The notes: generated by a model from the letters alone, not told the origin. A stretch of 64,000 nt of DNA from an uncultured Bacteroidales bacterium (GCA_944325435.1 CALVAC010000014.1:10603-74602), one strand, 5' to 3'; shown: positions 19,097 through 28,598, numbered from the stretch's first letter. Translations and numbers: made by a program.

Positions 19097-21580
19097 TCAG
19101 AAATTGTATCCGATGCTGATATAGAAGCCTATCCCTCCGTTTACATCCTGATTTATGTTTGACCAGTGCAGGTCGGCCTTGACAGGCCCGAAGAACGCAT
19201 CGTATGCGTATTCAATGCCTGCCCCTATCCAGTTGCCTGCCTCACGGGTGAGATAGGTCCCGAAATCCCTGCTGTCACGCGCATAGTTCACGATACCGGT
19301 CAGATAGTGGTTCCTTGCCACCTCGAATCTGAAGTCTGTGCGGAAGATGGTCAGGATGTTCTGCATCGGGACGACATTGTTCCTTCCGACAAAAGCCATC
19401 TGCTGGTCGAAATACCTGCCGGCCAGGGAGCCTCCTGCAAAGTTCATATATGCGAGCGGAGCTGCGCCGAGCAGGAACCTGACGGATGCGGATGGAATGA
19501 ACGAGAATACCTTCCCCGCCGGAACGACTGCCTTGGCATCCGCCTGTATGGCGTGGAAACCTGCTGTCCTGTTGGGATATCCGTAGAACACCCATTCGTA
19601 GTCCAGCCCGGCACCGAATCCCGAGTGAGGGAAATAGCCGTCATCAAAAGTGTCGGCCCTGCCGTTGAGGAAAAGGGATATGTAGTCGCTGCTCAGCATG
19701 CTGTAGTCAAGTCCCGGGATGTAGCCGGGGGATGTGACCTCGTTGGACAGGGACCTTACCATAAAGTACCTGTTGCGCAGCCCTGCCTTGATGTCGAACA
19801 GCGACCATGCAAGCTTGGACAGATATGCCTCCTGTACGGTATCGAAGTATTTGAGCCTCATGGTAGTCGGCCCCATACCAATCTCGTCGAGCATGTCTAT
19901 GTTCGACCATCTGGCGGAAGCGGATACGTTCACTGTCGGGATGCCGATGTCATCGTATGAATAGTTAACGCCTATCTGAGGGTTGGAACCTATCCTTGCG
20001 GTGAAATCGAATCTGGAGCCAGAGAGACTGTATGTGTTCAGCCCGATATTGAGCAGGACTGAAACTACTTCCTCGGTGTCTACCCTGAGCCCGACTCCGA
20101 AACGGTGTATCGGTCCTCGTCTGCAGTTTATCACAAGATGGTACGGTTCACTGTCTCCCTCAAGCTCGTAGGTGACGAATTCGAATGCCTTTGTCCCGTA
20201 GATACGGGCGACGATGCTCTCTGCGGTCGCCCTGCTGATGGTGTCTCCGTATTCGATATGGATGTCCCTCAGGAGGATTTGCCTGTCCTTGTCCGGGATA
20301 CCCTTGATTTCTACCCCATCCACCTGGACAGGCTCTACATTGATGTCTGTGGCCTTCCTCGGGTGATTCCCGGCAGAGGAGGATTCACCGACCCTTGACT
20401 TTATGTATCCGAGGGCAAGGGCGCATTTCTCGGCCGCTTCCCATCCGCGTACCAGGATCGTGTCTATGCTCCTGCTGTCGAAGCTCATCATGTTGTATCC
20501 ATCAAGTTCCGGCTTGATGTTCAGGTCCAGCAGTTTCCTGTTTACGACAGTGGCCGGGCGGCCGAGCATGTCCACTCCCTGTCCGAACACATCCCCAATG
20601 TTGTTTATCTCCTCGAAAGTCCTGTCATCGCTTCCGAGGTCCACGCCGATGACGAAGTCGGCCCCTAGCATTCTGGCTTCAGCCACGGGGAAGTTGTCTC
20701 GCATTCCGCCGTCCACAAGCACCATCCCGTCGACCTTGACAGGTGCGAATATGCCCGGGATTGACATCGTGGACCTCAATGCGGTGGTCATCTTCCCGGA
20801 ATGCCAGAATACGCCTTCTCCTTTGACAAGATCTGTGGCCACACAGACGAAAGGTATCGGAAGATCGCTGAACAGCAGAGAGTCCTGGTATCCTACCGAC
20901 AGCGCGGCTATCATATTGTTGACATTGTGCCCCTTGATATATCCTGATGGAAGACTCCCCAGCAGGTTGTTTTTCAGGATGTTGTCGGAGCCTGCCTTGT
21001 CCGCGCCAAGCTGCAGCCTCGTGTTCTCCCCGATACCTCCGCTGAAATCCACTTCCGCATCCTTGATGCCGGTCTCTTCTGGCCTGTAGTAGAACGGAAT
21101 TGTCATCAGGTACCTTTCCCTGTATTTCATTTCAGAGTATGAGATGTATTTCCTGGGCACCTTGTCGCTCAATGCAAGATTCCAGTCGATTGTCCTGATG
21201 ATCGAATCCAGCTGCTCCGCATTGTAACCGAGAGCGTACAGTCCGCCCATAAGTCCTCCCATGCTTGTCCCGAGAACCATATCTATCGGCATTCCTATGG
21301 ATTCCAGATATTTCATCACCCCGATATGCGCGGCTCCTTTCGCCCCTCCTCCGCTCAGTACAAGGGCGACTGTCGGCCTGTGTTGCCTTATGCTGTCCAT
21401 CCTGTGCTGTACCCTGGCTATTGCAGCCGAGTCAGCTGCGGAGTACGGCCTTTTCGGGACAGGGTAGTCTTCCTGTCCTGCTGCGCTATGAGGAATGAAG
21501 ATACAGACGATGGCCTGTATCAATACGGTGGCGAATATTCCGGACAGTCTTGTCATCGTTTCCCGGTGGTCTGTTGTCAT
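19097..21580 (-). CDS. Patatin-like phospholipase fused to POTRA and outer-membrane beta-barrel (PlpD/type Vd-like)
   Basis: LSGGGAKG, GTSMG (GxSxG), VDGG, then a POTRA-like segment and a barrel ending SIGYNF. The track ORF's first 74 aa overlap rlmN and are probably not translated. Confidence 0.85.
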   Translation of the reverse strand: MTTDHRETMTRLSGIFATVLIQAIVCIFIPHSAAGQEDYPVPKRPYSAADSAAIARVQHRMDSIRQHRPTVALVLSGGGAKGAAHIGVMKYLESIGMPIDMVLGTSMGGLMGGLYALGYNAEQLDSIIRTIDWNLALSDKVPRKYISYSEMKYRERYLMTIPFYYRPEETGIKDAEVDFSGGIGENTRLQLGADKAGSDNILKNNLLGSLPSGYIKGHNVNNMIAALSVGYQDSLLFSDLPIPFVCVATDLVKGEGVFWHSGKMTTALRSTMSIPGIFAPVKVDGMVLVDGGMRDNFPVAEARMLGADFVIGVDLGSDDRTFEEINNIGDVFGQGVDMLGRPATVVNRKLLDLNIKPELDGYNMMSFDSRSIDTILVRGWEAAEKCALALGYIKSRVGESSSAGNHPRKATDINVEPVQVDGVEIKGIPDKDRQILLRDIHIEYGDTISRATAESIVARIYGTKAFEFVTYELEGDSEPYHLVINCRRGPIHRFGVGLRVDTEEVVSVLLNIGLNTYSLSGSRFDFTARIGSNPQIGVNYSYDDIGIPTVNVSASARWSNIDMLDEIGMGPTTMRLKYFDTVQEAYLSKLAWSLFDIKAGLRNRYFMVRSLSNEVTSPGYIPGLDYSMLSSDYISLFLNGRADTFDDGYFPHSGFGAGLDYEWVFYGYPNRTAGFHAIQADAKAVVPAGKVFSFIPSASVRFLLGAAPLAYMNFAGGSLAGRYFDQQMAFVGRNNVVPMQNILTIFRTDFRFEVARNHYLTGIVNYARDSRDFGTYLTREAGNWIGAGIEYAYDAFFGPVKADLHWSNINQDVNGGIGFYISIGYNF

Positions 21581-21609
21581 TTCTGTTTTGTATCCGGTAC
21601 CCCTTGCAG

Positions 21610-22722
21610 TTACCTGTCCTGGCGGTGTTTCCCTGCCAGCATCCCGCAGGCGGCCATGATATCCTCTCCCCGGGAAGCCCGGATGGTGGAGACGATGCCT
21701 GCCCTGTTGAGCCTGTCGCGGAAAGCATCCATAACGGCATCGGAGGAAGTGGAGTACGGGAAGTCCGGTATCCTGTGGAACCGGATGAGGTTGACACGGC
21801 ATTCGAGTCCTTTCAGGAGCCTGATGAGGGCATCCGCATGTCTCTTGTCATCGTTGAACCCTGCGAACATCGTGTATTCGAAGCTGACCCTGCGCTGGCC
21901 GGTGAAGTCATATTGCCTGACAAGTCCGACAACTTCCTCTATCGGATATGCTTTCTCGACAGGCATTATCGTCTGCCGTTCATCACTGAATGGGGTGTGC
22001 AGGCTGACGGCAAGATGACACCTGCTTTCCTCAAGATAGTGCCTGAGGACAGGAATGACCCCGATTGTGGACAGGGTGATTCTTTTCGGACTCCATGCGA
22101 ATCCCCACGGAGCAGTCAGAATTTCAATGGCGCGCGATACGTTGGCATAGTTGTCAAGCGGTTCACCCATTCCCATAAATACGGCGTTGGTCAAGGATGT
22201 GCTCTCGTCTATCGCGATGAACTGGGAGATGATGTCGGCTGCCGTGAGGTTGCCGTGGAATCCCTGCCGCCCTGTCATACAGAAACGGCATCCCATCCTG
22301 CAGCCGGACTGCGATGATACGCACAGGGTTGCCCTGTCCTCATCCGGTATCATCACCGCCTCCACCATACCTGACTCCGGCATTTCACTGTCGGGTACAG
22401 CCTTTCCGGAAAGCTTTTCCGGCCTGAGACCTGTCTCTCCTTTCCCGTCGATGCCATTGTCGGCCTGTCCTACAGGGAAAAGATATTTTCTCGTCCCGTC
22501 TGCGGAAGTCTGGACCATGCTGTACCGTGTGACCCCTGTCACATATCTTTCTTTCAGAGCTTCCCTTCCGGCTTTCGAGATGTTGGACATCCCGTCGATA
22601 GATTCCACTCTCTTGACATAAAGCCATTGTGCAAGCTGCGATGCGGCAAAGCGCGGAAGCCCTGCCTCCGCCGCCACAGCCTTCAGATCTTCGATGTTCT
22701 TCCCGATCAGTCTTTCTTTCAT
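21610..22722 (-). CDS. rlmN: 23S rRNA/tRNA adenine C2-methyltransferase RlmN
   Basis: CVSSQSGCRMGCRFCMTG (CxxxCxxC), FMGMGEP, DIMAACGML. Confidence 0.96.
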   Translation of the reverse strand: MKERLIGKNIEDLKAVAAEAGLPRFAASQLAQWLYVKRVESIDGMSNISKAGREALKERYVTGVTRYSMVQTSADGTRKYLFPVGQADNGIDGKGETGLRPEKLSGKAVPDSEMPESGMVEAVMIPDEDRATLCVSSQSGCRMGCRFCMTGRQGFHGNLTAADIISQFIAIDESTSLTNAVFMGMGEPLDNYANVSRAIEILTAPWGFAWSPKRITLSTIGVIPVLRHYLEESRCHLAVSLHTPFSDERQTIMPVEKAYPIEEVVGLVRQYDFTGQRRVSFEYTMFAGFNDDKRHADALIRLLKGLECRVNLIRFHRIPDFPYSTSSDAVMDAFRDRLNRAGIVSTIRASRGEDIMAACGMLAGKHRQDR

Positions 22723-22900
22723 GACACAAATATACGCAGAAGCCGGGAGCAATGCAAGCTCGCATGTTTGTTTTGCCGAGGCGTGAACAGTATATGTGGC
22801 GAAGCCAGATATACTTCCGTTGCATACTGGCGGGATGAAATTTTGCTGTTGTATTTTATGATTAACTTTTGCATATTTGCATAATATAAAACGGACTTAT

Positions 22901-24013
22901 ATGAGCTATCTGATCAGACCCGGGGGATATCGCCCCCTGCTTGACCAGCGTCAGACCGAGCTGGCCATCAAACAGATTAAAGATTTTTTCCAGCTTAACC
23001 TTTCATCCGAACTGAGGCTGCGCAGGGTGACTGCACCTCTTTTTGTCCTGAAGGGAATGGGCATTAACGATGACCTGAATGGAGTCGAGCGGCCTGTGTC
23101 ATTCAGTATCAAGGATATGGGAGAAGCGCAGGCAGAGGTGGTGCATTCGCTTGCCAAGTGGAAGAGGCTTACCCTTGCGGAGTACGGCATCGAGCCCGGA
23201 TACGGAATTTATACCGATATGAATGCGATAAGGGCTGATGAAGAACTGGGGAATCTGCATTCCCTGTATGTGGACCAGTGGGACTGGGAAAGGGTAATAA
23301 CCGCGCAGGACAGGAATCTCGCTTTCCTGAAGAGGATTGTCCGGAGCATATATGCATCTCTGGTCAGGACGGAATATATGGTGTGCGAAATGTATCCGCA
23401 GATATCCAGGATGCTGCCCGAGGAGGAGAGCCTGCTGTTTATCCATGCGGAAGAACTCAGGCAGCGTTATCCCGGCCTGTCTCCGAAAGAGAGGGAGAAC
23501 AGGATTGCACAGGAGTACGGTGCGGTGTTCATAACAGGTATCGGCTGCCGTCTCGGCGATGGCAGTAAGCACGATGGGAGGGCAGCGGACTATGATGACT
23601 GGTCCACAGTCGCAGAGGATTCTCCGGAAGTACCCGGCGGAACGGCAGATGGCGCGTCTGCCATAGGGACAGGAAGCGGCTGCCATGGCAGGTTGCCCGG
23701 TCTCAACGGTGACCTTATTGTGTGGAACGATGTGCTCCAGAGGTCTTTCGAGGTGTCATCCATGGGCATCAGAGTAGACAAGGATGCGCTTGTCCGCCAG
23801 CTGAAGGAGGCAGGTCAGGAAGACAGGCTCGGTCTCTACTATCACAGGCAGCTTATGGCGGATGCCTTGCCTCTGTCGATAGGAGGTGGTATTGGACAGT
23901 CCAGGCTGTGCATGCTCCTGCTCCGCAAGGCCCATATAGGGGAGATCCAGGCGAGCATCTGGCCTGACTCCATGCGCAATGAGTGCGCTTCCGCAGGTAT
24001 CCCTCTGATATGA
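22901..24013 (+). CDS. asnA: Aspartate--ammonia ligase AsnA
   Basis: DDLNGVERPV, EVVHSLAKWKR, HSLYVDQWDWE, RAADYDDW, SIGGGIGQSR. Confidence 0.96.
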   Translation: MSYLIRPGGYRPLLDQRQTELAIKQIKDFFQLNLSSELRLRRVTAPLFVLKGMGINDDLNGVERPVSFSIKDMGEAQAEVVHSLAKWKRLTLAEYGIEPGYGIYTDMNAIRADEELGNLHSLYVDQWDWERVITAQDRNLAFLKRIVRSIYASLVRTEYMVCEMYPQISRMLPEEESLLFIHAEELRQRYPGLSPKERENRIAQEYGAVFITGIGCRLGDGSKHDGRAADYDDWSTVAEDSPEVPGGTADGASAIGTGSGCHGRLPGLNGDLIVWNDVLQRSFEVSSMGIRVDKDALVRQLKEAGQEDRLGLYYHRQLMADALPLSIGGGIGQSRLCMLLLRKAHIGEIQASIWPDSMRNECASAGIPLI

Positions 24014-24098
24014 TACTGATTTCAGTTCCTGCTTGAGAAAGGAATGGTTTATAAAAAATGACTATATTTGCAGGATTGGAAAATTAAAACATGTAAAT

Positions 24099-25880
24099 AT
24101 GGCACGTGAAATCAAATTTTCTCTAGTCTACAGGGACATGTGGCAGTCTTCGGGAAAATATGTACCGACAGTCAGCCAGCTCAAGGAGGTTGCTCCTGCA
24201 ATCATCGATATGGGATGCTTCGACAGGGTCGAGACCAACGGAGGAGCGTTCGAGCAGGTAAATCTTCTTTTCGGGGAGAATCCCAACAAGGCTGTCCGCG
24301 AATGGACCGCACCTTTCAACAAGGCCGGCATCCAGACCCACATGCTCGAAAGGGGACTCAATGCATTGAGGATGAATCCCGTCCCTGCTGATGTGAGGGA
24401 ACTTATGTATAAGGTAAAATGCAAGCAGGGCACCAACATATCAAGGTCTTTCTGCGGTCTTAATGACCACAGGAACCTGCGACTTTCTGTGGAATATGCC
24501 AAGAAGGGAGGCATGATCTCGCAGGTCGCCCTCTCCATCACCAACTCGCCTGTCCATACCATCGACTACTATATGGGTATCGTGGACAAGGTCGTCGAAT
24601 ACGGCTGCGATGAGATCTGTCTCAAGGATATGGCCGGAATAGGCCGTCCTACATTCCTCGGACAGCTGACATCCCGCATAAAGAAGAAATATCCCCACAT
24701 CATTGTCCAGTACCACGGACATTGCGGTCCTGGATTTTCGCCTGCTTCCATGCTGGAAGTGGCAAGGGCAGGTGCAGACTATCTGGATGTAGCCGTAGAG
24801 CCGCTCAGCTGGGGCAAGGTACATCCCGATGTTATCACTATCCGCGAGATGATGAAGGCAGATGGATTCAAGGTGAAGGATCTGAACATGAACGCATATA
24901 TGGAAGTGCGCCGTCTGACCCAGAAATTCATCGATGAATTCCTCGGATACTGGATCGACCCTAACAACTCCCATATGAGCTCTCTGCTCGTGGGCTGCGG
25001 ACTGCCTGGCGGAATGATGGGGTCAATGATGGCTGACCTCAAAGGGTTCCACGGGGCCATAAACGCCTCTCTCCGTGCCCAGGGCAAGAATGAGCTTACT
25101 CTTGACGAACTGATGGTAATGCTGTTCCAGGAAGTGGAATATGTATGGCCTCGTCTCGGTTATCCTCCACTCGTGACACCTTTCAGCCAGTATGTGAAGA
25201 ACACTGCCCTGATGAACCTTATGAACATCCTCAAGGGGCAGCCTCGCTGGTCCACTATCGATAAGGATACTTGGAACATGATTCTCGGGAAGATGGGAAA
25301 ACTTCCTGGAGAGCTTGCGCCTGAGATTGTGGAACTTGCAAAGAGCAAGGGTCTTGAGTTCTACACCGGCAACCCTCAGGATGCATTCCCGAACGAGCTT
25401 GACAAGTTCAAGGCAATGATGAAGGAAGAAGGATGGGACGAGGGCGAAGACCAGGAGGAGCTCTTCGAATTCGCAATGCACGAGAGGCAGTACCGTGACT
25501 ACAGGAGTGGCATAGCCAAGGAGCGTTTCCAGAAGGATCTCGCCGCTGCCAAGGAAAAGGCAGGTGCCCCTATAGTAATCGTGCGTCCTGTGGTCGAGAT
25601 GCCTAAGTACGATGTGGAGAAGATTGCCGAGAAATATCCTCACGCTAAGCCTGTCCAGGCTCCTGTAAAGGGTCAGCTTATCTGGCAGGTGGATGTGGAT
25701 GACGCTTCTACCGCTCCTGTCGTAGGCACCGAGGTCAAGGCTGGTCAGGCTATGAGCTATGTCCAGACCTATTACGGTATGGAAGAGGTTGTCCCTGCCG
25801 TTGACGGACGTATTGTAGCAGTCTGCTGCAGGCAGGGTGACAATGTAGCCAAAGGAGAGATTGTAGCCTTTGTAGAATAG
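24099..25880 (+). CDS. OadA/pyruvate carboxylase B/transcarboxylase 5S-like carboxyltransferase with a C-terminal biotinyl-like domain lacking MKM
   Basis: RDMWQS, CLKDMAG, HGHCGPG, PGGMMGS, GYPPLVTPFSQ. The C-terminal fold pattern (VQAPVKG...VDGRIVAV...GDNV.KGE) has QTYYGM where EAMKM is expected. Confidence 0.85.
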   Translation: MAREIKFSLVYRDMWQSSGKYVPTVSQLKEVAPAIIDMGCFDRVETNGGAFEQVNLLFGENPNKAVREWTAPFNKAGIQTHMLERGLNALRMNPVPADVRELMYKVKCKQGTNISRSFCGLNDHRNLRLSVEYAKKGGMISQVALSITNSPVHTIDYYMGIVDKVVEYGCDEICLKDMAGIGRPTFLGQLTSRIKKKYPHIIVQYHGHCGPGFSPASMLEVARAGADYLDVAVEPLSWGKVHPDVITIREMMKADGFKVKDLNMNAYMEVRRLTQKFIDEFLGYWIDPNNSHMSSLLVGCGLPGGMMGSMMADLKGFHGAINASLRAQGKNELTLDELMVMLFQEVEYVWPRLGYPPLVTPFSQYVKNTALMNLMNILKGQPRWSTIDKDTWNMILGKMGKLPGELAPEIVELAKSKGLEFYTGNPQDAFPNELDKFKAMMKEEGWDEGEDQEELFEFAMHERQYRDYRSGIAKERFQKDLAAAKEKAGAPIVIVRPVVEMPKYDVEKIAEKYPHAKPVQAPVKGQLIWQVDVDDASTAPVVGTEVKAGQAMSYVQTYYGMEEVVPAVDGRIVAVCCRQGDNVAKGEIVAFVE

Positions 25881-25909
25881 AGCCTAACAGGTGATAACCT
25901 GGCATTGGC

Positions 25910-25953
25910 ACCGGCATTCGTGCGGCTTGTCCCGCCGGATGCCGGTTTTCTTT
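25910..25953 (+). terminator. Rho-independent terminator after the carboxyltransferase gene
   Basis: ACCGGCAT...ATGCCGGT stem followed by TTTCTTTG. Confidence 0.65.
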
Positions 25954-25954
25954 G

Positions 25955-26794
25955 TCATTCCGTACTGTTTACCCTCAAGATACTGTTCCTGTACCGGGTC
26001 GGATAAAGGCCTGTATGTTTCTGCACATACCGGCTGAAATAGGAGACAGACGAGAAGTTCATACGGTTTGCGATTTCTGTCAATGTAAGTTCCTTTTGAC
26101 AGAGCAGTCGTGCTATCTCCTGAAGGGTGAAACGGTCTATCCAATAGGAAGCCGGTTTCCCGCTTGCCTTTTTGCATATTTCGGTCAGATAGTGCGGTGT
26201 GATGCAGAGTTTAGATGCATAATAGGGCAGGTCCCTGTGCAGGATGTATTCTTTCCTGTAAAGCAGTCCGATAAATTGGCTTGTCAGGATGAAGAGACGC
26301 TCAGACGGCTCCTCCAATGTATGTCCCCAGGCATGGATGTCATACAGATCAAGTATATGTGCCGCAAGTAGATGACTTATCATTTCTTCCTTGAAAAGAT
26401 GTTTGTTGTCATCAAGCCTTTCACGGATATGCAACAAGTCTGTCCGGCATTTTGCAAAATTCTTCCGGGACAGTTTCATCACGGGATTCTGCAGGAGAGA
26501 CAGATGTCCGATGATGCCGTAATTGCTGCGCAATGCCATTGTTGTCACGAAGGATTCGGGGAAACACATGAAAATGCCCTTGAAATCTTTTGACCGGACA
26601 AAGCCGGAGGCCATAGATGCATTGGTCAGAATGACATAGTCCCCTTCTACGATATTGTAATGAATCTCCCTGAAGGTGAAACTGATGGAACCTTCCAGAC
26701 AAAGGATATGCATCACTACATCCCATAGATTCATAATATTGTAATCATCAATTGAATTGATGAAGAATATCTTGTCTCTTGCTTCCTCCTCCAT
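25955..26794 (-). CDS. AraC family transcriptional regulator
   Basis: C-terminal YYASKLCITPHYLTEICK...LTEIANRMNFSSVSYFSRYVQKHTG double HTH. Confidence 0.93.
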   Translation of the reverse strand: MEEEARDKIFFINSIDDYNIMNLWDVVMHILCLEGSISFTFREIHYNIVEGDYVILTNASMASGFVRSKDFKGIFMCFPESFVTTMALRSNYGIIGHLSLLQNPVMKLSRKNFAKCRTDLLHIRERLDDNKHLFKEEMISHLLAAHILDLYDIHAWGHTLEEPSERLFILTSQFIGLLYRKEYILHRDLPYYASKLCITPHYLTEICKKASGKPASYWIDRFTLQEIARLLCQKELTLTEIANRMNFSSVSYFSRYVQKHTGLYPTRYRNSILRVNSTE

Positions 26795-26822
26795 ATAGAC
26801 GGTATGCGGTTAAATCATTTTG

Positions 26823-26903
26823 CAAAAGTAGCAATAACCACGAAAAGTGAATAAGAAACTACGGATTTTGTATCGGGATTCCAATGTCGTTGCGGTAATT
26901 TTG
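26823..26903. promoter_or_regulatory. Divergent -7 boxes for araC and the aldo/keto reductase
   Basis: TACTTTTG on - (26823-26830) and TAATTTTG on + (26896-26903). Confidence 0.6.
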
Positions 26904-26921
26904 CAACAAAATTCACAAGCG

Positions 26922-27770
26922 ATGAAAGAAGTAAGATTGAACAACGGCGTAATGATGCCATCCATCGGATTCGGAGTCTTCCAGATTCCGGCAGAAAATA
27001 CAGAGGATGTTGTAAGTCAGGCTCTTGAGACAGGCTATCGGATGATTGACACGGCAGCGGCCTATTTCAATGAGGAGCAGGTTGGTAATGCCATCCGGCA
27101 TAGCGGCCTGAAACGGGAGGATATATTCATCACGACAAAACTATGGGTGCAGGATTATGAATATGAGGATGCGCTCCGTGCTTTCGACAGGTCTGTGAAG
27201 CTTCTTGGACTTGATTATATCGACCTTTATCTGTTGCATAAGCCTTATGGCAACTATTATGCGGCATGGAGAGCCTGTGAGCGGCTTTATAAGGAGGGAC
27301 GGATACGTGCCATTGGCGTGACCAGTTTTTCCAGCGAGCGGCTCCAGGATCTGTTTCTGCACAATGAAATCAAGCCGGCGGTAAACCAGCTGGAGACTCA
27401 TCCGTTTTTCCAGCAGCAGGCAGCAGGCGGGTTCTTGCAGCGTGAGGGGATACAGCACGAGGCCTGGGCGCCGTTTGCAGAAGGACAGAATGACATCTGG
27501 AACAATCCGGTGCTGAAAACCATCGCAAAAAGGCATGGACGGACGGTAGGGCAGGTTGTTCTCCGCTGGCTGAACCAGCGCAATGTAGTGGTTATCCCGA
27601 AGACCGTACACAAAGAGCGTATGGCGGAAAACCTGGGCATTCTCGACTTTACGCTGACGGATAAGGAAATGCTGGCTATTGCCGGACTGGACACAGGACA
27701 CAGTCCTATTTATGATGATACGGATCTTTCGACCACGAGGAACATAGGAACGCTCCGGATCCACGACTGA
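26922..27770 (+). CDS. Aldo/keto reductase (2,5-DKG reductase-like)
   Basis: IGFGVFQ, GYRMIDTAAAYFNE, TTKLW, DLYLLH, IGVTSF, IPKT. Confidence 0.95.
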   Translation: MKEVRLNNGVMMPSIGFGVFQIPAENTEDVVSQALETGYRMIDTAAAYFNEEQVGNAIRHSGLKREDIFITTKLWVQDYEYEDALRAFDRSVKLLGLDYIDLYLLHKPYGNYYAAWRACERLYKEGRIRAIGVTSFSSERLQDLFLHNEIKPAVNQLETHPFFQQQAAGGFLQREGIQHEAWAPFAEGQNDIWNNPVLKTIAKRHGRTVGQVVLRWLNQRNVVVIPKTVHKERMAENLGILDFTLTDKEMLAIAGLDTGHSPIYDDTDLSTTRNIGTLRIHD

Positions 27771-27907
27771 AATGTCCGTAACTTGCTCCATACTGTTTCG
27801 CGTGTATTGCAATCCGGAGTAATACAGTTGCGTATAATTGACTATATTTGCAGGCCGGAACGGTTCCGTGGCAAGGTGAGCGTCATTGCGGACGGAACCG
27901 GGAATAC

Positions 27908-28534
27908 ATGAATGGTATTGCCATGGATTTTGTTACGGTCATAGACTATATAGGTACTTTCGCTTTCGCGATAAGCGGGATAAGGCTTGCTGCGGCAAAG
28001 AATTTCGACATATTCGGTGCATACGTCGTGGGGTTCGTGACTGCCATCGGAGGAGGGACCCTGAGGGATCTTCTGCTAGATGTGACACCGTTCTGGATGG
28101 AGCAGCCTTCTTATGTGATAATCACTGCGCTGGCCCTTGTATTCGTGATCATATTCAAGAAGTATGTCGTACGTCTGGACAACACTTTCTTCATATTTGA
28201 TGCCGTGGGGATAGCATTGTTCACGGTTGTGGGTGTCGAGAGGAGCATCGCGGCAGGTTTTCCCGTGTGGGTGAACATAATAATGGGGGCAATCACGGGG
28301 GCTGCCGGGGGAATGTTCAGGGATATTTTCATAAACGAGGTGCCGCTGATTTTCAGAAAAGAGATATATGCAATGGCCTGTGCAATGGGAGGAGTTTTCT
28401 ATTATCTGTGCCAGTGGGCAGGCTGCGGGCATCTCCTGACGCAGATTATCGCTGCGGTCTCGGTCTTCCTGATCCGTGTGCTGTCTGTGCATTTCGGCAT
28501 CAGTCTCCCGTCGTTGAAACCGATAGACAGATAG
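27908..28534 (+). CDS. Trimeric intracellular cation channel (TRIC/UPF0126) family protein
   Basis: GTFAFAISG, AIGGGTLRD, DAVGIALF, GAAGGMFRD. The start could instead be 27923. Confidence 0.9.
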   Translation: MNGIAMDFVTVIDYIGTFAFAISGIRLAAAKNFDIFGAYVVGFVTAIGGGTLRDLLLDVTPFWMEQPSYVIITALALVFVIIFKKYVVRLDNTFFIFDAVGIALFTVVGVERSIAAGFPVWVNIIMGAITGAAGGMFRDIFINEVPLIFRKEIYAMACAMGGVFYYLCQWAGCGHLLTQIIAAVSVFLIRVLSVHFGISLPSLKPIDR

Positions 28535-28598
28535 GTAAGTGCCACGCTGTCGTGCACTGGATGCCATCCGCCGTCCGATATATGCGGAAAACGGGGAA

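Noticed and set aside
19097-21580. Patatin as a CBASS/CapV-type defence effector
   Set aside because: It has a signal peptide, POTRA and barrel, and no nucleotide cyclase nearby.
21581-21802. N-terminal extensions in the ORF track (patatin, also slyD, recA, hpt, mltD, hpf)
   Set aside because: They overlap neighbouring genes or promoter boxes and lack family similarity. Downstream ATGs fit the family starts.
24103-24111. CACGTGAAA, part of a parS-like sequence
   Set aside because: Only half of TGTTTCACGTGAAACA, and it lies in the first codons of a CDS. No full parS was seen near parAB.
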